Source of the DNA: Chiloscyllium plagiosum
Taxonomy: Eukaryota
Direction of reading: 5' to 3'
Assembly (NCBI RefSeq): GCF_004010195.1
Contig: NC_057718.1
Location: forward strand, 49,050,021-49,114,020
Length of the DNA: 64,000 nt
Shown here: positions 24,811 through 38,016 of the stretch, one piece after another
Position numbering within the stretch: the stretch's first letter is position 1
Layout of the letters: every line of letters begins with the position of its first letter
Program-made: the position numbers and the translations under genes
The notes under the pieces: generated by a model
What the model was told of the DNA's origin: nothing
The model's database searches: none
Seen by the model: the letters and a program-made list of their open reading frames with translations, nothing else

Positions 24811-25765
24811 GAGACTCAACTGGTAAAGAGGAGAGGGAGGTACAAGTGACATGGAGAGGTTCCATGTCAGTCAGCAACATGTCCATGGAAGAATGGATAT
24901 GCTCTCAGACATGAGATATGGCAAATTGCACAGTGGAAAAAATCCATCATCTATGTATATATTTTCAAAACTTCAAGCAGCTCTGCCAAACAGTTCCCTG
25001 TTTGTCTGTACAACTCCAACTGATTGAGTGTGGCCCTCATTAGAGATCTTTCAACAGGGGCTGTCCTCTAACTGTGAGCTTGTCCTTTTTATCACAACCA
25101 ACACACCTCTCATAGCTTCATAGTTTCCTTTGCTTAGATTTAGGACCCTATTTTTGAATTGGACCACATCACTTTCTTTCCTATTGATGAATTCCAAAAC
25201 ATTTTGATCACTTATTTCTATTGCACCTCTCATAATAAGATTATTAATAAATCTTTTGTCATTATACAATACCAAATTTAGGATTGCCTATCCCAAGTTG
25301 GTTTTTCAATGTACTAAAAATGCCATTCTGTACACAACCCAGGAATTTATGTTACAGTGTAATGCTGATGTGGTTCAACCAATTTATACATACATATGTA
25401 TATATAGGCTAAAATCATCCATGATTACCATAGCACTGACATGGATCATGACCTCCATCTATTCTCCCTCCTCCTTCAAATGTCCTTCTGCAGATTAGTA
25501 ATGTTCTTGACATCTATGACAATCTCAGCTTTGCGGATACTCCACAGAGCCTTCAGCCCAAATGCAGGTTCAAGTAGTTGAGATGGTTACATTTCCTGCA
25601 CATATGGTTACACTGGACACTGGAAGTGTCCCTGACTTCCCAAATTGCTTTGGATGAGCATTCCAGTGGACCAAGCAGCCTTGTTATGACTCAACCTTAA
25701 ATTACCTTATTTCCATTTACTTCTTCTAGTTTAATGAATATTAAATCTGTACCAGGGATCATACC

Positions 25766-26033
25766 TTGCTGTGGTTCTGTTCGCCGAGCTGGAAGTTTTT
25801 GTTGCAAACGTTTCGTCCCCTGTCTAGGTGACATCCTCAGTGCTTGGGAGCCTCCTGTGGGACAGGCCACTATAAATGCCGGAGGAAACACCACAGACGC
25901 GCTTCACAGGAGGCTCCCAAGAACTGAGGATGTCACCTAGACAGGGGACGAAACGTTTGCAACAAAAACTTCCAGCTCGGCGAACAGAACCACAGCAACG
26001 AGCACCCGAGTTACAAATCTTCTCACAAACTTT
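25766..26033. mobile_element. PLE family B inverted-pair mini-element
   Basis: 94-bp arms 25766-25859 and 25905-25998 with one mismatch, a TATAAA-containing spacer and a tail on the right arm only; perfect TSD ggatcatacctt at 25756-25767 and 26034-26045. Confidence 0.9.
25804..25843 (-). ncRNA. Minimal hammerhead motif (PLE family B)
   Basis: gca-CTGAGGA-t-gtcacct(agac)aggggac-GAAA-CG-TT-tgc; helix I gca/tgc, palindromic ACGU helix III. The plus-strand twin at 25921-25960 has a helix I mismatch. Confidence 0.75.
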
Positions 26034-26264
26034 GGATCATACCTTATTTAGAATTCTTTAAACTTTCTTAATCAAAGCTAAAGACCAATTTCAATTTTAA
26101 ATACTTGACAGTAGAAATATTCTCTTGATAAAGTTTACCAACATAGTCATTCAGCCTGCCCTGGCACCCAGTCCCATTGATGATTTTAACATTTCCTTGT
26201 GATGCCACTCTTGGAATATTTTCAGCTTTTCAACTCCTGGTCTATTTGAGGCTCTCTCTTAGTG

Positions 26265-27320
26265 ATAATTGGAGTAACATATTGGCATGGATTGAAGACT
26301 CAAAAGTGAACAGGAATCAGAATGTAGGCATAAAAAGATAATCTTCAGGTTGGAAAGACGTACTGAGTGGAGTGTCACAGGAATCAGCTCTCAGGCCTCA
26401 ACTTTTTACCATTTATATAAATGATTTGGATGAAGGGATGGTAGCTAAATTTACTGATGATGTAAACACAGGTAAGAAAGTAAGTTGTGAATTGGACATA
26501 ATGAGGTTGCAAAGGGGTATAGGTAGGTGATTGGGTAAGTAGCTAATGGAGTATAAAGTGGGAAAATCTGAAATTGTCCATTTGCTCAGGAAGAATAAAA
26601 AAGAAGTATAATATTTAAATAGTGAGAGATTGCCGCACTCTGAAATACGGAGGGATTTTGGTGTCATTGTGCATGAAGTACAGAAGGCCAGTGTGCAGGT
26701 GCAGCAAGTATCTAGTATCGTTATTGGAATGTTATCATTTATTGCAAGAGGAATTTATTGCAAAAGTAGGTAGGTTATGCTTCATTAATACAGGCATTGG
26801 TGAGAACACACCTGGATTTCTGTGTAAAGCATTTGACGCCTTACTTAAGGAATGATGTAAATGCATTGAAAGAATTTCACAGAAGATTTTCTCAATTAAT
26901 AATGTATTGTCTTATGAGGAGAGGATGGACAGGATAGACTTGTATCTGCTGGTCTTTAGAAAGGCAGGAGGTAATTTGATTGAAATATATAAGACCATAA
27001 TGGACTATGACAGGGTGGAAATGGAGAAAATGGTTCCACTTATGGGAGAATCTAGAACTAGAACTAGAACTCATGATTCAAACTAAGGGCTCACCCAACA
27101 GGGTTACATGTGTCTCTGAAGCTCTCTTCCTCAAAAAAGTAGTGAAAGTAATGTTTTGAATATTCTTAAAACAAAGGAAGATGGATTCTTGAAAAGCAAG
27201 GGATGAAGGGTTATCCAGGGGGTGTTGAGAATATTGAGTTATCAGATCAGCCATGATCTTATACAATGGCAGAGCAGATTCAAGGCGCCAAGTTGCCTAT
27301 TCCTGCTCCTCATTCTTATC
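26265..27320 (+). mobile_element. Older CR1 subfamily 3' fragment
   Basis: gagtgtcacaggaatcag...atttatataaatgatttggatga...aaatttactgatgat (RT motif region) and a typical 3' UTR ending cctattcctgctcc. Confidence 0.8.
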
Positions 27321-28339
27321 TTCCCACCTTCTTGACAGAATGAAATGAAACTCGCTCTTGCAGTACAATGGAATTTAATCATCCTTTTTTGGCAGAGATC
27401 CCAGTCCCTGAGATAGAGTCCATAGCTACTCACTTCCACTGCAAACTCTGTCAAGGCTGCTTTGATCATTCATTATGGCCTTCTGCAACCATCAGTTGTA
27501 AATTGCAACTACATGAATTCCCAAACAGTCTGGAGGATGTCATACAGTGAATCATGGGTCAGTGTGCTCCAAGGACAGCTGAGTCCATCGATGCCTCTGA
27601 CTGCGCTTTTACAAAGGTGGGGATCTCTTCTAACTGGATTGTCAAAGATTTTCTGTTGCAGTATTCCCATATCTGCAAATGCTGGCCTCTTGAATTGCAA
27701 GCCTGCCTCTGAAAGAATGGTCCAAAACCATAGCTTTTAAACAAGGCATTCTGCACTTTAGATATGATGTTTTCTCCTTCGTAGGAATAAGAGACACAGT
27801 TTCCCAATGCCAGAATCACGCTGCTGGCTGATCCAATGGCATACATTATGAAACCTATCCATGAGCTCACTGCCAAGACATCAAATCCTCAACTTCTTCT
27901 GAGCCCCAACAGTTAGAAATGGACTCTTGGACAAAATCCAGCCCATTATTGCAACCTGATCTGCACTTCTGTTGTCGATGCATAAATGGTACAAAACCTC
28001 TGACTTATAAAGCATTGAACAAGCTGATCCTTTTTTGTGGGTTGATTGAAGAGGATGGGACCTGGCATATAGACTATGGACTGAAGTAAACATGTAGCAT
28101 AACTATTTCATCCATCTGCTTTCTTCGGGGCATAAGAAGTATTGAAAGTTACTGAATACACATTGCGTCATTCAATACTTGCTTTATTTCATCATTTCTA
28201 TTTCTCTTCAGCTCTGGTGAAAGGGCAGTAACCTGAAATGTTTGGTGGTTATCCCAGTCTGGAGATAGCAAAAAGGAGAAATAATGGGTCAATTGGTTGT
28301 CAGTTAATGGTTACTTACTTCTTCACTATCTCTCCAAAA

Positions 28340-28590
28340 GCAGGTATGTTATGCTTCATGTATACACGGCATTAGTTGGTTCATATCTAGATTTCTGTGT
28401 AAAGTATTTGTCGCCTTACTTAAGGAATGATGGAAATCCATTGAAAGACTTTCACAGAAAGCTTTCTCAAATAGTATCAGGAATGGGTAGGTTGTCTTAT
28501 GAAGAAAAGGTTGGACAGGCTAGGCTTGTATCTGCTGATGTTTAGAAAGATGGGAGGTAACTTGATTGAAAAATATCGGAATCTATCTGA
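28340..28590 (+). mobile_element. Older CR1 subfamily fragment; a related 3' end occurs at about 30200-30490
   Basis: Similar to 26760-27000 (gttatgcttca, ccttacttaaggaatgatg, ttgtcttatga). Confidence 0.7.
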
Positions 28591-28913
28591 CAACTGAGAC
28601 AAGTTGCTGGTTCCCAGATTGGTAACCAGGGCACCTACCCTGCCAGACAGGACTCCAGTTGCTGCAATTTGGGGCAATTGGAGAAATAGATAGCTGGGGT
28701 GGGAATCAAGAGGGTGGGCTTTGAAAGCCATTCCTTGCACTTGGTTATAAGCACCCAACCTCCCTGTCTTGTGATTTCCCATGCCAGGAGAAGCAAAAGA
28801 AAGCAAATCTATCTTCTTGCTGTTGCATGCTTGAGAAATAGGCCTGGACCAAGTGCTTGGATCTGGAAGCTGCCTGTCTTTAGGTTGGGACACCATTGTT
28901 GAGGGTACATTAA

Positions 28914-30150
28914 TCATAGAGAGTCATAGAGATGTACAGTACAAAAACTGACCCTTTGGTCTAACTCATCCATGTTGACCAGATATCCTAAATTAATCAA
29001 GTCTCATTTGTCAGCACTTGATCCATATCCGTCTAACCCCTTTCTATTCATATACCCATCTAGATGCCTTTTAAATGTTGTAATTGTACCAGCCTGGCAG
29101 GTACAATTCACTGGCAGCTCATTCTACATACGCACTACTCTCTATGTGAAAAAGTTGCCTCTAAGGTCCCTTTTAAATTTTTCCCATCTCATCCTAAACC
29201 TATGCTCTCTAGTTCTGGACTCCCCTACCCTAGGAAAAAGATCTTGTCTATTTAGCCTATCCATGTCCCTCATGATTTTGTTAACCTCTATAAAGTCACC
29301 CCTCAGCTTTCAATGCTCCAGAAAAAATAGTCTCAGCCTGTTCAGCCTCTTCCTATAGCTCAAATCCTCCAACTCTGACAACATCCTTGTAAATCTTTTC
29401 TGATCCGTTTCAAATTTCACAACATTTTTCTCATAGGAGGGAGACCAGAATTGCACACAATATTCCAAAATTGGACTAACCAATGTCCTGTACAGCTGCA
29501 ACATGACCTCTCAACTACTGTACTCAATGCTCTGACCAATAAAGGAAAACCGACCAAATGCCTTCTTCATTATCCTATTTACCTGCGACGCCACTTTCAA
29601 GGAACTATAAATCTGCACTCCAAGGTCTCTTTGTTCAGCAACACTCTCTAGGATTTTACCATTAAGTGTATAAGTCCTGTTCAGATTTACTTCCCCAAAA
29701 TGCAGCACCTCGCACTTATCTAAATTAAACTCCATCTGCCACTCCTTAGCCCATTGGCCTATCTGATCAAGATCCCTTTGTACTCTGAAGTAATCTTCTT
29801 TGCTACCTAACACATCTCCAATTTTGGTATCATCTACAAACTTACTCACCAGACCTCTTATGTTCAAATTCAAATCATTTATATAAATGATAAAAAGCAA
29901 TGGACCCAGAACCGATCCTTGTGGCACACCACCGGTCACAGGCCTCTAGTCTGAAAAGCAACCCTCCACTACCACCACCATCTGTCTTCTACATTCGAGC
30001 CAGTACTGTATCCAAATGGCTAGTTCTCCCTGTATACCATGCGATTTAACCTTGCTATCCAGTCTACCGTGAGGAACCTTGTCGAATGCCATATAGATCA
30101 TGTCTGCCACTCTGCCCTCATCAATTCTCTTCATTGCTTCTTTAAAACAT
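28914..30150 (-). mobile_element. CR1/HER1 LINE 3' 1.2 kb, RT pseudogene
   Basis: ORF 29511-29939 GVPQGSVLGPLLFIIYINDL...KFVDDTK; tail catagagagtcatagag. Confidence 0.93.
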
Positions 30151-31734
30151 CAAGGTAGTTGCCAAAGTTCATTACTCAGCTCTTAAAAAGCTGATTGACC
30201 ATGAGTTTTCTTAGCACTAGCATAGAGCATGGCCTCAGGAAAGAGGGGTGCCAATTTAAGAATGAGACAATGAGGACTTATTTCTCTCAGAAGGTTATGA
30301 GTCTTTGGACTCTTTCTCATAGAGTCCTTGTATATATGGAAGGCTGCGATAGATGCTTGATCAGTAAGGGTGGTTGAGGGTTATGGGAAAATGCAGGAAA
30401 GCACGCAAGCAACATTGGATCAACCATGATCCTATTGAATGGTGGTGCAGGCATGACGAGCCGAACAGTCTGCGCCTGTTCCTACCTTTTTAAAGTCTGA
30501 TGGCCACTAGGGTAGAGGATTAGTTGACACTGAACACACCTGCCACCATACTTGGCCAGAAAAAGGGTAAATTGTGATCCTAAACTTTACTACCCACCCA
30601 TCCCCATTGCCGATGCTGCCCGCTGGTTGAGTTTTTTCAAACTGTTTTTGTTCAAATTTCCATGATCTCCAGTATTTTGCTTTTTAAATTCACCCTACAA
30701 GTGTTGTCGTGTCTCATTATGTCATTCAATCAGTATAATGATAAAGTTCAGCATGGCGAACAATACATTACCTGCAATAACATGATTCATTAACAGTATA
30801 GATTTTTTGATAATTTCTTTATTCCCATGATAATACTTACCCATCTATAGGAAACATTAAAAAATTAGATCAATAACAAAATTGTAAAACAAACACAATA
30901 CATAAAATTTCAAATTATATTGAATGTTTTCTGCTGGTAAACCACGAATGAATTTTATTGTGGATATTTTGAATACCCTATTCTTCTCAATGGGCAGCAT
31001 ACAAAACTCCTTTGTGGCTTCATATTTTGGAGATTACTTTTGTTACACAGGCCTATCTGCAGGATAAAGCTTTAGCCACAGTATGTAGATGGCTATGATT
31101 ACCATTGACTGGTTCATGACTTGTCTGAAAAACAGGTCAAGTTCTTTGCTTGTAAACAGCACCAAAATAGTTTCAGAAGAGTTTCTAATTGCAACTGATG
31201 AGCAACCCATCATATTAATCCTCTGCTATCAGCACTGTATACTCGTCTGTATAAGAATAGCCCTGATCTCAGCAGCTCTGTATTCAACCTTGGATTTCTT
31301 TTTCGACGTATTTGGAAACACCAGCTTCTTTGCCTGAGCCTCTGTGCACAAGAGGCAGACATGTGCTGGCTTTATATGGCTTGACGGCACACAATGAAAT
31401 CAGTTTCTGAGCAATTTTTATCAAGCCAAAAACTCGGCTCGAATTTTAAACCTTCTTCCCGTGTTACATCAATGCCAGATATAAATTTAAATGAAAGACT
31501 TCACAACCCATAAAATGATTTAAAAAAAAAGACACAGACACACAAAAGAGAAATGGTTTTAATTGTTTTAAAGAAGACTATGCCCAGCAGACATCTTGTT
31601 TGTACAGCATATTGCTGTTCCCATGCACTATTTATTTCTGGTAATTGGAACATGTAGATTTCTCCCGATTCTTCCACACACAATGAGCTTCCAAACCACA
31701 GTCATGCTACTTGGTCTTGGCCAGTCACTATCAT

Positions 31735-32338
31735 AGCTGAAAAATGTGTTGCTGGAAAAGTGCAGCAGGTCAGGCAGCATCCAAGGAACAGGAGAATAGA
31801 CATTTCGGGCATAAGCCCTTCTTCAGGAATGAGGAAAGTGTGCCCAGCAGGCTAAGGTAAAAGGTAGGGAGGAGGGACTTGGGGGAGGGGTGTTGGAAAT
31901 GCGATAGGTGGAAGGAGGTCAAGGTGAGGGTGATAGGCCGGAGTGGGGTGGGGGTGGAGAGGTCAGAAAGAGGATTGCAGGTTAGGAAGGCGGTGCTGAG
32001 TTCGAGGGATTTGACTGAGACAAGGTGGGGAGAAGGGAAATGAGGAAACTGGAGAAATCTGAGTTCATCCTTTGTGGTTGGAGGGTTCCTAGGCGGAAGA
32101 TGAGGCGCTCTTCCTCCAACCGTCATGTTGCTATGGGCATTTCCAACGCTCCTCCCCCAAGTCCCTCCTCCCTACCTTTTATCTTAGCCTGCTGGGCACA
32201 CTTTCCTCATTCCTGAAGAAGGGCTTATGCCCGAAACGTCGATTCTCCTGTTCCTTGGATGCTGCCTGACCTGCTGCACTTTTCCAGCAACACATTTTCA
32301 GCTCTGATCTCCAGCATCTGCAGTCCTCACTTTCTCCT
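31735..32338 (-). mobile_element. Penelope-like element 3' end with GIY-YIG C-terminal remnant and inverted pLTR (family A)
   Basis: Minus strand 32036-32135 reads IAT*RLEEERLIFRLGTLQPQRMNSDFSSF (PLE endonuclease C-terminus). Inverted arms of about 167 bp at 31735-31902 and 32137-32303; TSD ccagtcactRtcatag at 31721-31736 and 32339-32354. Confidence 0.9.
32209..32244 (+). ncRNA. Minimal hammerhead core (PLE family A), weak helix I
   Basis: attc-CTGAAGA-a-gggc(ttat)gccc-GAAA-C-GTC-gatt; helix I has only 3 of 4 pairs. Confidence 0.65.
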
Positions 32339-32984
32339 CCAGTCACTGTCATAGGCAAAGAGGAATCAGCAGGTAAACGGCACAACTTTAACATTACAAT
32401 TCTAATATGTGACTAATTAATAGTTGTTTGCTGGTATAGAAGTCGAGTACTGTAGTTGAATTACTTTTAAAACAGTAGCTCTGTAGAATTGACAAACTAC
32501 TTAGGATATTGCTGAAGACGGACATATCTCATCAGATTATTTTTGTCTTGCACTCAGAACAACTTGCAAGAGACACCAAAGTAAAAGGATAACATTTATA
32601 CTGTTCAAGAAGAGAGGGCTGATTGGTGGAATCAAGGGCATAGCTAATTGCAAAGGGTGGTGCAGTGGCATTTTCCCTACCTCTAGGCCAGGAGCCCTGT
32701 GATCAAGCCCCACCTGCTTCAGAGCTGTGTAATGACATCTCAGAATAAGTTGACTAGAAAATAACTTTTTTTTGCAGTCAAGTTTACTTTTAAATCACAA
32801 AGTGTACCCACATAGACTGCATTGCCATGAGAACCCCATGGGGTTCCATGTAAAATGCTTTTGATTGAATGACACCTTGCACTTTTCTAATGTGTCGATA
32901 GAATGTTTGCCATATTTGAATTTACAGCTGCACATTTACTTTCTTTACATATCTTTATGTGCTACATCTTGCACTCCAATTTCC

Positions 32985-33795
32985 CTTGGAAATTGAACAG
33001 TCAAATGATCCCCTTTCTTTGACACCCTCATTGAGACATAGATGAGTGGATGGAAGGGAGTTTCTCTACCATAAGCTTATCATCACTGCTCAAAGTACGT
33101 ATTGGGATACCTACAGTTTCAGACTATAAGATGGGCTTTATCAGTAACTTTGTAAATTGAGCGCTAGTCATTTTCTTATTTTGCAGGCTTGATACTGAAG
33201 TATGCATGAAATTCAGTGCTGGAGGGATGTTAGGTACATAGGCCATAGGTTCCAAAGACTGGCGGTTGTATCAAACAGCAAACCTCTTCAACTGTTCACA
33301 GCAGGTGATAGTACTCAACTGGCCTGAGCTTACAAATCTCAAACTTCAGTGACCACCTTTAGATACAATTCTGCGATTGAATATCATCTGCTAATAATTA
33401 TGCTGATACTATTGTCAATTGAACCTGTGGTACAGTGCACTTGCATATAATTGAAATTATATACAATCACACACAGCGCCCTGCTTTTTCCAGGCAAAGA
33501 ACGTGCGCATATTCTAACAGCTACAAGTCAGTAAGATAGGTGACAGCAAATCACAAGTTCATTTCTCAGGTCTCTGTCTTGACCAGAGTAAAACCTGCAT
33601 GGTTACAAATTTAAATAAAATTTGGCAGTTAACTATCTGTCATCACCTAACTGGTACATTCTTCAATGATAATGCCTGCACCAGTCAGCGCACACTATTC
33701 ATGCAGTACAAATGCTTTCCACTCATTGTTATTTCTTGCAAATTGACTTGAATGAATGTTTTTGCCTTTCACTCAAAACAACAAAACATTCAGCA
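32985..33795 (+). mobile_element. Ancient Penelope-like RT/endonuclease remnant
   Basis: Across frameshifts EIEQSND-PFFDTLIE, YHK, YWDTYS, YKMGFISNFVN*ALVI, matching PLE RT motif 7 and thumb (ExE--LPFLD, YRK, LVxRA). A related 3'-end fragment lies antisense at about 32520-32630. Confidence 0.6.
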
Positions 33796-34004
33796 ATAGA
33801 CGTAAGTAATATGCCAATTTTATACAGCTACCATTTTGAAGCTAATTCAATAAAAATATCGCTGGGATCATGACTAAAGGTGAATATGTTGTAAGGGATA
33901 TATGAGGCTGGAAGCTGTATACCTTCAAGTCAGTTCGAGTGACTGTATAGTAAGAACCATATTATCATTTGACAGAAACAAGGCTTACAAATAGCAAAGC
34001 TGTG

Positions 34005-34191
34005 GAGGTGCCGATTGTTGTGACTAGGGTGGACAAAGTCAGAAGTCACACAATACCAGGATACAGTCCAATAGGTTTATTTGAAACCACAAGCTTTCGG
34101 AGCACTGAAGAAGGAGCAACGCTCCGAAAGCTTGTGATTTCAAATAAACCTGTTGGATTATAATCTGGTGTCATGTGACTTCTGAGTTTTA
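34005..34191. mobile_element. PLE family C inverted-pair mini-element
   Basis: ...cacaagctttcggagca joined to CTGAAGAaggagc(aac)gctccGAAAGCTTgtg; TSD acaaatagcaaWgctStg at 33987-34004 and 34192-34209. Confidence 0.85.
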
Positions 34192-34846
34192 ACAAATAGC
34201 AATGCTCTGCCCCTCATTAGAGTCCGCCCACATGGTTATATTTTGCACAAAATGTTCAACTAGAAAGAGCACTGGCAGTGCAACCCTTATTACCAAATTA
34301 TAGTTCCTCGCCCAAGCCCTCTGTTACATTTTCATTCTTTAAATATCTGAAGTTGCTCCTCGCCACTACTTCTCAAAATCCTTGTTAAATCCACTCTGAT
34401 TTACAAAGATATCTTCCTTCCTTTCATGCTTCATGTTCTGTTTTGCAATGTTCATTCCAGATCCCCTTGTCCTCCTTCCTTGAATTCACTGAACTCTTGC
34501 TTTTTCTAAAGGTCCCCCGTAGCGAATACTCCCAACCATATTAGTGGATGTACCCCCAACTGCCCTATCTTCAGATCAGGCTGACCTTGACAGTGAACTA
34601 AATTTATAACAAGAATCTGAAAAAGAGTATTAAACAATATAAAGTGGTTATAATGCAGCAGGTGCAAGAATAAATGCCTTTCGTAATCACAATTGTGAAG
34701 ACATCTTAAATCAATTCACATTCAATTAATAATCCTTTCACTATTGCAAAGTAGGTGAAGCAAACCATATACAGCATCAGACTCTTAGATATTATTGCTA
34801 TAAGATTACCTTGGCTCATAACTGGTACAATGGGATAATGTCAACT

Positions 34847-34993
34847 AGGAGAAAGTGAGGACTGCAGATGCTGGAGATAAGAGTGGAATGTGGTGCTGGA
34901 AAAGTACAGCAGTTCAGACAACATCTGAGGAGCAGGAGAATCGACATTTCAGGCATAAGCCCTTCATCAGGATTCCAGCACCATACTCTCGAC
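34847..34993 (-). mobile_element. PLE family A arm with a short inverted remnant
   Basis: ggagaaagtgaggactgcagatgctggag...gacatttcaggcataagcccttcatcagga, then ttccagcaccatactctcgac. Confidence 0.82.
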
Positions 34994-35659
34994 CAAGTGA
35001 TAATGGCTGTACTCAGTGGACACAAATGATCTCAGCACCAAGTTATCACTGTAAGAGATCCACAGAGCAATATCCAATAATTTATTATCTGCAGTTGCTT
35101 CAGTATTAACCTTTCTTTTATCATAAGATCCAAAGCTGAGCTGTTCACTAGTGATTGCGGTGTTCAGTTGCATTCCCAACTCCCACATACAGCACGACAT
35201 ACACACCATTCAGACTTGGGCTGACAGGTGGTAAGTAACAGTCAATCCACACCAGTGTCAGGCAATGACCATTTTCATCAAGACAGCCTAGTTATATTAT
35301 GCAAGATATGGATTACTTTTATTGGATCATTATTGACCTGAAATTCAAAAGGAGTAGCCAAATAAGTACTGCAACTGCTACAGGAGGTCAAATGCTGTGT
35401 ATTTTGCTTTATTTTTGACATCCCAAAGCTACCTGACCATGGAAATTAAAGCCAGATAGGTTGCAAAACAGGCTTCCAATTTGCTTGTGCTGAATTTCCA
35501 CCACCACCCAAGACAAATTTCATCTCTCAAGAGATTGGTCAATGTTCCAATTTAAGGTAGAGCAAAGCAGATCACTGACTGATGGATCAGAAATCAATGA
35601 AGAAAGATGATCACAAACATATTAAATAGAATCACAGCACAACAACATTAGACAGATTA

Positions 35660-35977
35660 GGGGCGGCACAGTGGCACAGTGGTTAGCACTGCTGCCTCAC
35701 AGCGCCAGAGACCCGGGTTCAATTCCCGCCCCAGGCGACTGACTGTGTGGAGTTTGCACATTCTCCCAGTGTCTGCGTGGGTTTCCTCCGGGTGCTCCGG
35801 TTTCCTCCCACAGTCACAAAGATGTGCCGGTCAGGTGAATTGGCCAAGCTAAATTGTCCGTAGTGTTAGGTTAAAGGAGTAAATGTAGGGGTATGGGTGG
35901 GTTGCGCTTCAGCGGGTCGGTGTGGACTTGTTGGGCTGAAGGACCTGTTTCCACACTGTAAGTAATCTAATCTAATC
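35660..35977 (+). mobile_element. HE1-like V-SINE, young full-length copy
   Basis: gggcggcacagtggcacagtggttagcac (A box), gggttcaattccc (B box), V-domain, tail aatctaatctaatc; many CpGs retained. Confidence 0.93.
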
Positions 35978-36483
35978 AATTAAAAGAAAACCTTAAAGCT
36001 CACAAACCCATTTTACAGAATGAGGTGGATATCTTTCAACCACATTGTTTTATGAGTTTCATTCTGTGCACAACTTACAGGTTGGATTCATGAGGATGTC
36101 ATCAAAACTGTAAAGCCAGAATTGTGAAACAACTTGAAATGTTAGTGCTTTTTTTTTCCTGAAAACAGGGTGAAAGCTTATTTGGCAAATTGCTTGAGAC
36201 CTTAAAAGATTCTAAATGGCCATGTGAGGATAAACACTAAGATCATTTCTCTTGATAGTTGATAATGAGGGGCTGTAAGGAAAGAAGGCAAAAGATGGTG
36301 TTTAAAGTAGTTCAAAAAATATTTAAAGTTTCTTTTTCCTTCAAAATGGATTTGAGAATGAATTATCTGTAGTGTATGCTCAAATAAAAAGTGAATTCAC
36401 AACTGGGAAGATGAAAAAGACAAAACAAACAGTCAGTTTGTAGTCAATTAGATTTGACAGATGCTTAAAGATAGAAAGGTTTT

Positions 36484-36767
36484 TTAGATTACATTACAGT
36501 GTGGAAACAGGCCCTTCGGCCCAACAACACCGACCCGCAACACACCCATACCCCTACATTTACCCCTTACCTAACACTACGGGCAATTTAGCATGGCCAA
36601 TTCACCTGACCTGCACATCTTTGGACTATGGGAGGAAACCGGAGCATCCGGAGGAAACCCACACAGTGCAAACTCCACACAGTCTGAGGTCGCCTGAGGT
36701 GGGAATTGAACCCGGGTCTCTGGCGCTGTGAGGCAGCAGTGCTAACCACTGTGCCACCGTGCTGCCC
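36484..36767 (-). mobile_element. HE1-like V-SINE
   Basis: Reverse complement of 35660-35977 with internal deletions. Confidence 0.9.
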
Positions 36768-38016
36768 ATGCAGAAAAGGTGATCTCTAATCATCTAAATC
36801 ACCCACAACCAAAGATGATCTGAAGGGAAAACGAAGTGACCTCTCCCTAGAAAAGGGACATTAGAGAACCTGCTGCCTCTGATTCTGCTAGCTGTTTACA
36901 TAGCCATTCCATAGGTCAGTAATGTTGATAATAAAAGAAAATCAAACAGGCCTTCATTTCACACAACAAAGTAATGAATGGAAGGTCAATTCCTCTCCCT
37001 GCAGAAGTTGCTGGAATGAAAAACACAGTTCAGGAGGAGGATGAAGTCAGGCCAGCGCTTTATACCTCATAGCTTCAGACATCAGTCAAAGCTACAACCA
37101 ACTGCAGCTGTTGGACATGATTAGTTTAATATACACATGGAAGCGTTGGTAAATTTGAGTACTCTCTAGCTTTAGGAAAAAAGCTACTGGAAGCAAATGT
37201 TTGTCAGTTCCACATTTGACTATCCAGGGCTCTTTTGGCAACTCTCCATGCTTTGTGAACTTCAGTTCATCCATAATTTTGTTGCCTCTCTGATTCTATT
37301 CCCTTTCCACCAAAATTCTTCCTGAAGATTCAGAGGGCCCATTGCTATTGCCAGAAATGGCCAAGAAGAGATGATCTCCCAGCAGCTGACCAGGAACAAA
37401 TGCTACTGATGCTCTGAAAGATATTCACCCTGTCCTGGCAAGAAAGGACAAAGAACAAAACAACACAGGAACAGGCCCTTCAGCCCTCCAAGCCTTCACC
37501 AGCACATTTTGTCCCTCCCTATTAAAACTGTCTTCACTTACAAAGCTTCTACAACTATGGCTGCAGGACACACCTTGAATGGGCTTTCCTCTGCTAAAGT
37601 GGTCTGACAGTTATGGCCATTGATATTCCCCAATTGTTTTGAGAGGCCATTGCATCCTATTGATATCAGGAGCTGGCCAACCTTCCTTAATTGGACAGTT
37701 AGTGCATTCTTTGGTAATCCAAAAGAAAAAGTGAATTGAACAGATAATGCCTACACCATACAGCCACCCTGAAAATGATCCTGATGTCTGTGGCTCTCCT
37801 ACATCACTAAAGAGTTGCCCCTTCACCATTTTAAAAGTCATTTTGGATGGATAAAATTCCTTTATTGGGCAAAATGCAGATTCAAATCACAGAGATTGCT
37901 AACAATAAAATTAATTGCTGTACATTTGGATATTGCAATTTAAGCAGTGTCTCTTTGATTGACTAGTATGTATTAATATTAAACTGGTGATCACAAAGTG
38001 CAAAGTGAATCCAGTC

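Noticed and set aside
27380..28100. Overlapping 60-105 aa ORFs as an exon or transposase
   Set aside because: No motif I can assign confidently and no convincing splice sites; needs a profile search.
34937..34976. Apparent 6-bp helix I (ggaatc/gattct) in a family A copy
   Set aside because: Probably created by the junction with an inverted remnant (ttccagcacc); other copies read cattc there, and this core shows CpG decay.
35660..35735. tRNA gene
   Set aside because: The A/B boxes belong to a SINE head continuing into the V-domain and LINE-derived tail.
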